From NCBI GenBank assembly GCA_964370575.1, contig CAYJJT010000004.1:1-40089 (forward strand): DNA of 40,089 nt, read 5' to 3'. A program made the position numbers and the translations under genes. The DNA is from an uncultured Muribaculaceae bacterium (GTDB lineage Bacteria > Bacillota_I > Bacilli_A > RF39 > UBA660). The notes under the pieces are model-generated. The model was not told the DNA's origin, made no database searches, and worked only from the letters and a program-made list of their open reading frames with translations. Shown piece after piece: positions 9,620 to 17,875 of the stretch (position 1 is the stretch's first letter; every line of letters starts with the position of its first letter).

Positions 9620-10695
9620 TGAAGATAGATTATAAATTACTAATTAGTATAGTTGTATTATCGTTATTTGGCTTACTTATGATTTATTCATCATCATATG
9701 TATGGGCAGAATATAAATTTGATAATCCATTTCGCTTTGTTACTAATCAATCAATATTTTTTATAATAGGTTTATTTGCCATATATATAATAAGCAAAAT
9801 TCATTATAGTTTCTATTATAAATATTCTAATAAAATATTTATAATTTGTTTAATATTATTAATATTAGTTTTAATACCAGGAGTAGGTATGGAAAGAAAT
9901 GGGAGTCAAAGTTGGTTTGGAGTAGGTTCTTTTGGTATTCAACCAAGTGAATTTATGAAATTATCACTTATTATATTCACCTCTAAATACTTAGCAAATA
10001 ATAAAAGAGATATTAAAAAATTAAAGAAGGGGATATTACCCATTTTATTAATTACATTATTAGTATTTGGATTAATTATGTTACAACCTGATTTTGGAAC
10101 TGGTATGATTATAATTATGTCAATTATAGGATTATTATTTGTAGGTGGAGTTCCTATAAAATTTTTCATAAGGATGGGACTTTTAGGTATCGGAGGAATT
10201 GTAGCACTAGTGATGACAGCACCGTATAGATTAGAGCGAATATTATCATTTTTAAATCCTTGGAGTGATCCTTTAGGAAGTGGTTTTCAAATTATTCAAA
10301 GTTTATATGCAATAGGACCAGGTGGATTATTTGGTTATGGATTATTCAATTCTAGGCAGAAACATTTTTATCTACCAGAACCACAAACTGATTTTATATT
10401 TTCTATTATTAGTGAAGAATTTGGTTTTCTAGGAATATTAATTGTTGCCGGATTATTCGTTTTTATATTATATAGATGTTTTAAAATAGCTCTTAACTGT
10501 GAAGATGAATTTGCTAAATATTTAACATTTGGAATATCTTTTCAAATAGGTTTTCAAGCAATATTAAACTTATTAGTAGTAACAGGTTTAATACCAGTTA
10601 CTGGTGTAACACTACCATTTTTATCATACGGAGGATCGTCTTTATTAATTACTTTAGCAAGTATGGGAATAGTTTTAAATATAAGTAAAGAATGA
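9619..10695 (+). CDS. ftsW: SEDS-family peptidoglycan glycosyltransferase (FtsW/SpoVE/RodA)
   Basis: Its start overlaps the mraY stop (TAATG). Motifs are 'QPSEFMKL', 'LQPDFGT', 'PEPQTDFIFS' and 'TGVTLPFLSYGGSS'. Confidence 0.85.
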   Translation: MKIDYKLLISIVVLSLFGLLMIYSSSYVWAEYKFDNPFRFVTNQSIFFIIGLFAIYIISKIHYSFYYKYSNKIFIICLILLILVLIPGVGMERNGSQSWFGVGSFGIQPSEFMKLSLIIFTSKYLANNKRDIKKLKKGILPILLITLLVFGLIMLQPDFGTGMIIIMSIIGLLFVGGVPIKFFIRMGLLGIGGIVALVMTAPYRLERILSFLNPWSDPLGSGFQIIQSLYAIGPGGLFGYGLFNSRQKHFYLPEPQTDFIFSIISEEFGFLGILIVAGLFVFILYRCFKIALNCEDEFAKYLTFGISFQIGFQAILNLLVVTGLIPVTGVTLPFLSYGGSSLLITLASMGIVLNISKE

Positions 10696-10719
10696 TATAA
10701 TATTTGTAGAGGTGAAAAT

Positions 10720-11847
10720 ATGTATGTTTGTTTACACGATAAATTATTAGATAAAGGAGTATTTAAAGAAGAATATATTAAATCTATGAATAAAGATAAA
10801 ATATGTATTTTTAATAGTGAAAATAAAATGTTTTATGATTTGAATGGTGAACTTATTAATATTAAAAATAGTATTATTTTTCCAGTTAGTGGAATTAATC
10901 AAGTTAATGAAATAAGAGAAGTTGCTGAGAAATTAAATATTAAATGTTTTATAACTAGAGAAGACGATGATAAAATAAAATCATGGTATAACTATTATAA
11001 TACTACAAGAAAAACTAAAGAATTTGACGGAATAGATTTAATAAATGAAGAAAAAATAAATTTTATAGAAAAAGAATTTGGAAGTGAATTTTTCTTTAAA
11101 ACAAAAGAAAAAGATTATAGTGCTTTATGTAATGTTGATTATTTAAGAAATAATAAATCTATTTTATATAAATCTTTAAAAAAGCATTGTGATTCTAAAT
11201 TTATTGTATCTGAAAAAGTAATAATAAATGAAGATGAACTAGGAAAATTAGAATTTAGATGTGTTGTTATTAATGGAAAAATTAGAAATATATCTAGAAT
11301 AACTGAAGATGTTGTTCATACAATAGATTCAAATATAAAATCAAAATTAGAATCAATAGTAGAAAAATTAAAGACAAGTGAATTTCCTACTTCGTATGTA
11401 GTTGATTTGATGGTTTATAATGCTAATGATAAGTTAATAACTGATGTAGTTGAGTTCAATAGTGTTTGTGCTAGTGGAATGTATTTGTACAATTCAATAA
11501 TTGATTTAGATGATTCAAATATATTACACGAAAACTTATACAAGCTTCCTAAAAATAAAACTTATATGAATAATCAATTAAAGAATACAGGAACTATAAA
11601 AATGCAATCATCTAAATTTTTTGATGTACCTGATAGTTTTGCTGAAACAGTGAAAGAATATACTGGAGAATTAGTAGGAGTTTATACTCATTCATTTAAT
11701 AATAAAAATAAAAAAAGATATCTAGATGATACTTGTTTAGGTGATATCGCTGAAAAATTTAATTTATCTGATTTATTTGTCGGGGCAGAAATAATTAATT
11801 CTGAATTTGAATTAGATGATAACTTATCAGCAAATAAGATAAAATAA
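10720..11847 (+). CDS. ATP-grasp-like protein, paralogue B
   Basis: SD GAGGTGA. It shares strings with 7495-8550: 'FPVSGINQVNEI', 'LGKLEFRCVV', 'NISRIT', 'DVVEFNSVCASGMYLYNSIIDL' and 'LHE'. Confidence 0.55.
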   Translation: MYVCLHDKLLDKGVFKEEYIKSMNKDKICIFNSENKMFYDLNGELINIKNSIIFPVSGINQVNEIREVAEKLNIKCFITREDDDKIKSWYNYYNTTRKTKEFDGIDLINEEKINFIEKEFGSEFFFKTKEKDYSALCNVDYLRNNKSILYKSLKKHCDSKFIVSEKVIINEDELGKLEFRCVVINGKIRNISRITEDVVHTIDSNIKSKLESIVEKLKTSEFPTSYVVDLMVYNANDKLITDVVEFNSVCASGMYLYNSIIDLDDSNILHENLYKLPKNKTYMNNQLKNTGTIKMQSSKFFDVPDSFAETVKEYTGELVGVYTHSFNNKNKKRYLDDTCLGDIAEKFNLSDLFVGAEIINSEFELDDNLSANKIK

Positions 11848-11877
11848 AAAGTAAAATTATAAAATTTTACTTTTTTT
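11846..11877. terminator. Bidirectional terminator shared by convergent genes
   Basis: AAAGTAAAATT (11848-11858) pairs with AATTTTACTTT (11863-11873) around the loop ATAA. An A-run lies on the 5' side and a T7 run on the 3' side. Confidence 0.7.
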
Positions 11878-12645
11878 AGTTTCTATTTCTTCTTGTAAAA
11901 CAGAAGTATAAAAGGATTCTGAATTTATTAATTTAAAATCTGTTTTTAATAAAAAATTATATAAATCTGCTATTAATTTATTATCGTGACTATTAAATAT
12001 GTTTAAAAGAGTTTCCTCTTGGTCAGTAGAAAATAATATATGTGATAGATTACTTTCATAAGAATCAATTGAATATTGACAATTTTGTAAACTACATTTA
12101 TCTACTGCATGAGTCAATGTGTTAACTGATTTTGAAACTATATTTTCATAATTAGTATTTTTATTAAAATAAATCTCTTTAGTAGTTTTTACTAATTTTA
12201 CTTCAATTGATTCATAAATTAATTTACTTAAGTAATTTACATCTAACTGAAATTTATTTAAAATTTCTATATTAATATATAAATTATCACTATTATATAA
12301 ATTATTTATAACTTGTGTTAATGATATTTGTATAGTTTCGATTATAAAAGTTATATCGGAATATAAATTAGTTATTACATTAAAATTTATATCTTTATCG
12401 TCAAAAGAAGTTAAATTATTACTAAAATTAGTTAAATAGTTATTTATAATGCTTGGTATTTTATTATTAATATTATCATTTAATTGGTCGGAAATACTGA
12501 ATATATTATTTATACTATTACTATATTTGGCACGATTAATATTTGATAGATAATTAGTAAAATCAAATAATTTAGATTGAAAATTGTTTATTATACCATT
12601 GATATCATTGATTGATTCAGATTGGATGTTTTCTAAAAATGTCAT
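11857..12645 (-). CDS. Hypothetical all-helical Asn/Ile-rich protein (helical paralogue set, short member)
   Basis: The track start is at 12672. The ATG at 12645 has GAGGTGA upstream and gives the N-terminus 'MTFLENIQ'. There is no signal peptide or TM segment, almost no Gly or Pro, and no Trp. Confidence 0.5.
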   Translation of the reverse strand: MTFLENIQSESINDINGIINNFQSKLFDFTNYLSNINRAKYSNSINNIFSISDQLNDNINNKIPSIINNYLTNFSNNLTSFDDKDINFNVITNLYSDITFIIETIQISLTQVINNLYNSDNLYINIEILNKFQLDVNYLSKLIYESIEVKLVKTTKEIYFNKNTNYENIVSKSVNTLTHAVDKCSLQNCQYSIDSYESNLSHILFSTDQEETLLNIFNSHDNKLIADLYNFLLKTDFKLINSESFYTSVLQEEIETKKSKIL

Positions 12646-12728
12646 TCTTTCACCTCGGACATATTTTAACACATATATGTAAATATTTCTAATAAAATTT
12701 AATATATTTATAAAATTTATAATATAAG

Positions 12729-12757
12729 TAGTAATGATTACTAGTTTGTGTTATAAT
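12729..12757 (+). promoter_or_regulatory. Extended -10 promoter of the hydrogenase gene, with a 7-1-7 palindrome over the -35 position
   Basis: The extended -10 is TGTTATAAT (12749-12757). The perfect inverted repeat TAGTAAT-G-ATTACTA (12729-12743) sits where a -35 element would be. Confidence 0.45.
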
Positions 12758-12780
12758 TAATTTAGGAAGTAGGTTATAAA

Positions 12781-14250
12781 ATGTCAAATAGAGTTGGAAT
12801 AAGCGAAATCAATCCTAGTATCGAACGCATTGAAGAAAAATGTGTTAGTTGTGGTCTTTGTAAAAATATATGCAAGAATTATATTGGAGTAAATAATAGT
12901 GAAGAAAATATTGTTTGTATTAATTGTGGTCAATGTGCAAATGTTTGCCCAGTAGATTCAATTGTTGAAAAAATAGAATATGATTCTTTAAAGAGACTAG
13001 TTAATAGAGAAGATAAAGTTATTATTTTTAATACATCACCATCTGTTAGAATATCTTTGGGTGAAGAGTTTGGAATGGAACAGGGTAGTTTCGTTGAAGG
13101 AAAGATGGTAGCATTACTTAGAGCATTAGGTGGAAATTATGTGCTAGATACTAACTTTAGTGCTGATTTAACAATTATGGAAGAGGCTAGTGAATTAGTT
13201 GATAGAATTATTAATAAGACTAAACCATTACCACAATTTACTAGTTGTTGTCCTGCTTGGGTTAAATTTAGTGAAATATATCATAGTAATTTATTAGAAC
13301 ATCTATCAACTGCAAAAAGTCCAATTGGTATGCAAGGAGCAACTGTTAAGACATATTTTTGTGAGAAAATGGGAATAGATCCTAGAAATATTATTAATGT
13401 AGCAGTAACTCCATGTACTGCTAAAAAATTTGAAATTAGAAGAGATGAGATGTGTGATGCTGGTAAATATCATGGCATCGATAATATGCGTGATATGGAT
13501 TATGTTATTACAACACGTGAATTGGCAATGTGGGCTAAGGAAGAGAATGTTGATTTTAGTAATTTATTAGATTCTAATTTTGATGAATTTATGGGTGAAG
13601 CAAGTGGAGCAGGGGTTATATTTGGTAACTCTGGGGGAGTTATGGAAGCTGCTCTTAGAACAGCATACAAACTTATTACTAAGGAAGAAGCTCCAGCTAA
13701 TTTTTATAATTTAACTGAAGTTAGAGGAATGAAAGAGTTTAGGGAAGCTAGTATTGATATTGGAGGACATATTATTAATGTAGCAGTTATTTATGGGACT
13801 AAGACTGTAAGTGATAATATGGATAAGTTAATTAATAGTGGTGAATATCATTTTGTTGAAGTAATGACTTGTCCAGGTGGATGTATTGGTGGTGGGGGTC
13901 AACCTAAAAATAGATCTAATAGTGAAGTCAATAAAAAAAGAATTGATGGATTATATAATAGAGATAAGAACATGAATAATAAAGTTAGTTATAATAATAA
14001 AGAAATAGATAAATTATATCAAGAATTTTATAAAGAACCACTAAGTGAATTAGCAGAAAAAATGTTACATACTACTTATGTAGATAGAAGTAATGATTTT
14101 AATATAAATATAGTTAAGGAGGTGAATAATATGGAAAAATATCGTTGTACTGTTTGTAATTATATTCATGAAGGTGAATTAACTGAAGATTTAGTATGTC
14201 CAATATGTCATTTAGGAAGTGATGTATTTGTTAAAGTAGAAGAAGAATAA
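12781..14250 (+). CDS. [FeFe]-hydrogenase catalytic subunit with an N-terminal 2x[4Fe-4S] ferredoxin domain and a C-terminal rubredoxin-like CxxC...CxxC tail
   Basis: The ferredoxin-domain cysteine motifs are 'CVSCGLCKNIC' and 'CINCGQCANVCP'. The H-cluster motifs are 'TSCCPAW', 'TPCTAKKFE' and 'EVMTCPGGCIGGGGQP'. The tail is 'YRCTVCNYIH...LVCPICH'. Confidence 0.9.
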   Translation: MSNRVGISEINPSIERIEEKCVSCGLCKNICKNYIGVNNSEENIVCINCGQCANVCPVDSIVEKIEYDSLKRLVNREDKVIIFNTSPSVRISLGEEFGMEQGSFVEGKMVALLRALGGNYVLDTNFSADLTIMEEASELVDRIINKTKPLPQFTSCCPAWVKFSEIYHSNLLEHLSTAKSPIGMQGATVKTYFCEKMGIDPRNIINVAVTPCTAKKFEIRRDEMCDAGKYHGIDNMRDMDYVITTRELAMWAKEENVDFSNLLDSNFDEFMGEASGAGVIFGNSGGVMEAALRTAYKLITKEEAPANFYNLTEVRGMKEFREASIDIGGHIINVAVIYGTKTVSDNMDKLINSGEYHFVEVMTCPGGCIGGGGQPKNRSNSEVNKKRIDGLYNRDKNMNNKVSYNNKEIDKLYQEFYKEPLSELAEKMLHTTYVDRSNDFNINIVKEVNNMEKYRCTVCNYIHEGELTEDLVCPICHLGSDVFVKVEEE

Positions 14251-14278
14251 AAAAAGAATATTACAATATTCTTTTTTT
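14250..14278. terminator. Bidirectional terminator
   Basis: AAAAAGAATATT pairs with AATATTCTTTTT around the loop ACA. It is flanked by A and T runs and lies between convergent stops. Confidence 0.75.
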
Positions 14279-15456
14279 TAATGAATTAATTTTTCTGAAT
14301 TTTCATTTTCTTTTACAACATCAATAATATCATCATAATCAATATTTTCATTACAATCTTCATATTTAGAAATAATATCTAATCCTAAATTTAAATATGA
14401 ATTAGTCATCTCATTTATTTTACGGATTTGTGATTCCTTATGATTAGTATAGTAATTTAATAAACGTGAACTAAAAGTTAATAAAATATTTTTTAATTTT
14501 TCTTTATTACTATCATCAACATAACAAATAATTTTATCAATATCATCTAAAATAATTTTATCAAAATTATTTAATTTAGTGTTTAAATAAGATTCCTTTT
14601 TATTAGATTCATAATCTTTATTATCCATAATCAAATTTAAATTAGAGTTAAATAATTTATTTATTTTATTAAAATATTTTGAATCACTAATGATGTTAGA
14701 GCTTATTATAAGATCTATTTTTTCAATATAGTTGTTTATATGAATATATGTTTTTATTGATGTAGATAAATTTAATTGTTGAATTTTCTCATCTAACTTA
14801 GTGACTTCAGCATCATATAAGATAATAAAATTATCTTTAAATGTAATAAAATCATTATTAATTTCTTCATTGATAGTTTCAATCATAATATTAGAAATAA
14901 AATCTACATTATATTTTTTTTGTTTATAATTAATTAAATAATCATTATTTTCAATAATAATGTTAGAAATTGCTTTAATCATTTCTTTATAGTTGTTAGA
15001 AGAAGATATAAATATATAATTACCTAAATTATTAATTATATCAATCACAATATCTTCTTCAGTTTCATTTTTACTAAATTCTGTATCACTATTTTCAATT
15101 GTAAAAGCAAAACGATAGTATTCTAAACTATTAATAAAATTATTAATAGTATCTTTATTATCCATTTCTTTGTTTGAATTTATAAACTCTTTTTTTAAAT
15201 CGCTTAAAACATCAATACTTTTATTTTCAATCAATTTATTATAGTAATTAATAGAATTTATCGTTTCATCTTGGTACATATCTAAAATTAAATTAGATTT
15301 ACTAGCAAGTTCTATCTCGAAATTATCACCAATATATTTTTGTATTTTATTAATATTATCTACAATTTGTTTCTTTAAATTATTGTCATATAAATTAATG
15401 ATTGATTTAAGATCTTTTTCTATAATTGTAAACATTTTATTTATAATATTTTCCAT
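14278..15456 (-). CDS. Hypothetical all-helical Asn/Ile/Asp/Lys-rich protein (helical paralogue set)
   Basis: SD GGTGA. The N-terminus is 'MENIINK'. There is no signal peptide or TM segment, I found no Pro or Trp, and there are 3 Gly by hand count. Confidence 0.5.
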   Translation of the reverse strand: MENIINKMFTIIEKDLKSIINLYDNNLKKQIVDNINKIQKYIGDNFEIELASKSNLILDMYQDETINSINYYNKLIENKSIDVLSDLKKEFINSNKEMDNKDTINNFINSLEYYRFAFTIENSDTEFSKNETEEDIVIDIINNLGNYIFISSSNNYKEMIKAISNIIIENNDYLINYKQKKYNVDFISNIMIETINEEINNDFITFKDNFIILYDAEVTKLDEKIQQLNLSTSIKTYIHINNYIEKIDLIISSNIISDSKYFNKINKLFNSNLNLIMDNKDYESNKKESYLNTKLNNFDKIILDDIDKIICYVDDSNKEKLKNILLTFSSRLLNYYTNHKESQIRKINEMTNSYLNLGLDIISKYEDCNENIDYDDIIDVVKENENSEKLIH

Positions 15457-15513
15457 TTTTCACCACATTTAAATTATATTAACATAATAATTATTATGTT
15501 TCAATATATAGTT

Positions 15514-16746
15514 TTATATTTGTTTATTTATATATTTTATTACACTATTATATTCAAGATTTTCAATTTCATTAAAACTACTATAAGCTTCACTACCAAT
15601 AAGTAAAAATATATTTCTAAACTCAGATATTTCTGTTAGTAACTTCTCAACATAATTATTAAGTGTTGTTTCTAATTCTTTTAGATAAACGGTTATTACT
15701 ATTTTTTTAGTAATAGTGTTTTCTAAATCTATTTTATTATCAATTTCTTCATTTAAATTATAATTTGATTCATTATATTTAAAATCATTTAATTGATTTG
15801 TATTATAAACACTTGGTGAACTAACATTGTTTTTATTTTGAATTTCAAAACTATTTATAAAGTCTTCACTCAATACAGCGATAGTATTTTCTAAATCTGC
15901 AGAATCATAAATATAAATTAAATCTTCATCAGTAATTGAATAAGTAAAATCAGTAATATCTTTATAATTATCTGAGAATAATAAAAGTGATTTTTCTATA
16001 TTATAATTTAAATTATTTTTAAATATAATTTCTTCTTCTTCAGAAACAAATAAATTGAAGTTTTTCATTTTATTTAATATTGTAGTATTTAATATTTCTA
16101 AATCATTTAGTAATTGTCTTTTATTTGATTCAAATATTCCATCAAACTGAGCAACTAATTTAGCATTTATAACTGCACAAACAGTATCTAGATTGTTATA
16201 TTCTTGTTGATAGTTTATATGCTCATAAATTATATTACTAATAATATTAAAACTTTTTTGTAAAAAGTCATTATATAATTTAAATTTACTATTAATTATA
16301 TTTTTCTTATATTCTTCAAAAATATTTTCTTCAATATAAACAATATTTTTAAGATTCTCTAATTTTAATTCAATTAGTAACTTATTAGTATCTATTTGAT
16401 TTTTAAGCTGTTGGAATACTATAGAAGAATCTCGTTTGAAAGAAATAATAAATTCATTATAATCAGTCACTTTAGTTAAATCTTGAGCAACTGTGTTAAT
16501 GAAATTATTAATTTTTTCTATTACAGTCATAGATATTATATTAATTTCATTTTCAATAGTATTTATAAAGTTTATTAAGTCAGTTGAATTCATAGCAATT
16601 TTAATAATATCTTTATTAACTAAAACTCTTTTTAATTCAGTACTTTCTTTAAATGGTTTATTAAATATATCATTTGTTATATCTTCTAATTCAGTATTTA
16701 TTTCATATACAATGTCTTCTAATAATACTTGGATGTTTTCTTTCAT
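15514..16746 (-). CDS. Hypothetical all-helical Asn/Ile/Glu-rich protein (helical paralogue set)
   Basis: The track start is at 16791. The ATG at 16746 has AGGTGA upstream and gives 'MKENIQVLL'. There is no signal peptide or TM segment. Confidence 0.5.
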   Translation of the reverse strand: MKENIQVLLEDIVYEINTELEDITNDIFNKPFKESTELKRVLVNKDIIKIAMNSTDLINFINTIENEINIISMTVIEKINNFINTVAQDLTKVTDYNEFIISFKRDSSIVFQQLKNQIDTNKLLIELKLENLKNIVYIEENIFEEYKKNIINSKFKLYNDFLQKSFNIISNIIYEHINYQQEYNNLDTVCAVINAKLVAQFDGIFESNKRQLLNDLEILNTTILNKMKNFNLFVSEEEEIIFKNNLNYNIEKSLLLFSDNYKDITDFTYSITDEDLIYIYDSADLENTIAVLSEDFINSFEIQNKNNVSSPSVYNTNQLNDFKYNESNYNLNEEIDNKIDLENTITKKIVITVYLKELETTLNNYVEKLLTEISEFRNIFLLIGSEAYSSFNEIENLEYNSVIKYINKQI

Positions 16747-16798
16747 AATATCACCTAATATTAATTTAACATATAATGGATAATACAGCAATTTATCA

Positions 16799-17875
16799 TC
16801 AGTAAATTGGAGTTAATGATCCAACAGTAATTAGGGGAGTATTAGTGATGTAATTGATAAATGCAACGTCACCGTTAGTTAAAATAACAGGTTTTGCATC
16901 TAATATTAATTTATCATTTTCATATATTTCAATATTATGAATAACTGCTTTCCCATCAATATATCCGCGAATCCATTTAGCCTCATTATTAGCAAATAAG
17001 TAAAGTTCATAAATACTATGCCATTCAGTATCATCGGGATCACTGTATAAAACGTCGTTTAAATATAAACCATTCTTACTAATTTCTGCTTTTATAACTT
17101 TATTGCTTGGAAAGCCAGTAGCTCCAAAGTTATAACTTATATCATTGAATTGTAGTAAATTTTCTTGGTTAATAGGTGATCCGTCATAAGAACCATACGC
17201 AATTCCAAACATTTGATTTTTAAAAGCTCTTCTAGAAGAAAATAACCAAACAGCTGTAGTTTTAGATTCAATTATTGTAAAATTTATAATTACTTTGGTG
17301 TTATTAGTTGGATATATACCAGTTTTCACATAAGAGTTAGTAGTAGTAGTTGCTCCAGCTAATGGAGTCGCCCCTTCAATACTCGGAATGTCGCTTGCTA
17401 ATACAAAATCAAATAATAAGTTAGAAATACCTGTTTGATTATTATAAAATGAACTTAGTGATAATTTAAAAGTAATTTCTTCACCGCTTTTTAATGTAGT
17501 TCCTAGTATTAAATTATCTATTCTGGTAGATAAATATTTATTTGTTACTAATATTTCTTTTAAACCATTATAAATATAATCATCATTTGTGTTATTTTTA
17601 ATAGTAATATCATAAGTGATAATACCACTAGTAGAAGTAATATTAGTATTAAAAGTTATTTTAGTATCTTCATAAGTAGTATTTGATATTTCATTTGAAA
17701 GATAGTTATTAGTTAAAGTAGCATTTATAATTTCCAATTTTTTATTTGGCATTATTTTTACATTACCACTTATATTAAGAGATGTATTTAGTGCAGAATA
17801 ACCTATACTCATTGTTGTTACAGAAAAAAAGAGAAAGTAAATAATAAAATAGTTTAACTTCTTGATAGTAATCAA
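16799..17875 (-). CDS. Secreted two-domain protein: an N-terminal TasA/camelysin-like module (paralogue of 34939 and 35581) plus a ~170-aa C-terminal beta-rich module
   Basis: The hydrophobic N-terminus is followed by 'SIGYSALNTSLNISGNVKI', which parallels 'SIGFAAFSTTLNINGAAQV' in ORF 35581. Shared motifs are 'ITYDITIKNNTNDDY' and 'GEEITFKLSL'. The stop is TGA. The start is uncertain. The TTG at 17875 abuts the SD-like AAGGGG with no spacer. An ATC at 17866 has a 9-nt spacer and would give 'MKKLNYF...'. Confidence 0.55.
   Translation of the reverse strand: MITIKKLNYFIIYFLFFSVTTMSIGYSALNTSLNISGNVKIMPNKKLEIINATLTNNYLSNEISNTTYEDTKITFNTNITSTSGIITYDITIKNNTNDDYIYNGLKEILVTNKYLSTRIDNLILGTTLKSGEEITFKLSLSSFYNNQTGISNLLFDFVLASDIPSIEGATPLAGATTTTNSYVKTGIYPTNNTKVIINFTIIESKTTAVWLFSSRRAFKNQMFGIAYGSYDGSPINQENLLQFNDISYNFGATGFPSNKVIKAEISKNGLYLNDVLYSDPDDTEWHSIYELYLFANNEAKWIRGYIDGKAVIHNIEIYENDKLILDAKPVILTNGDVAFINYITNTPLITVGSLTPIY

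Noticed and set aside
12646-12672. Upstream in-frame starts proposed by the ORF track for several genes: 12672, 16791, 22488, 26037, 29989, 31235 and 7486.
   Set aside because: In each case an internal ATG sits 5-9 nt downstream of a clear GGAGG- or GGTGA-type SD and yields the N-terminus typical of the family. The upstream starts have no SD.
11857-16746. The three helical proteins considered as a tripartite ClyA/Hbl/Nhe/Ahl-type alpha-pore-forming toxin (small, medium and large components).
   Set aside because: I can see no Sec signal peptides and no extended hydrophobic head or tongue segment in any of the three. The idea is not excluded without structure prediction, but the sequence does not support it.
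16493-16783. A 96-aa plus-strand ORF antisense to the 15514-16746 gene. The same applies to 32120-32302 (+), antisense to the SGNH hydrolase.
   Set aside because: These are hydrophobic Ile/Leu/Phe-rich products of the kind generated by reading Asn/Ile/Lys-rich genes backwards. They have no SD and no independent support.
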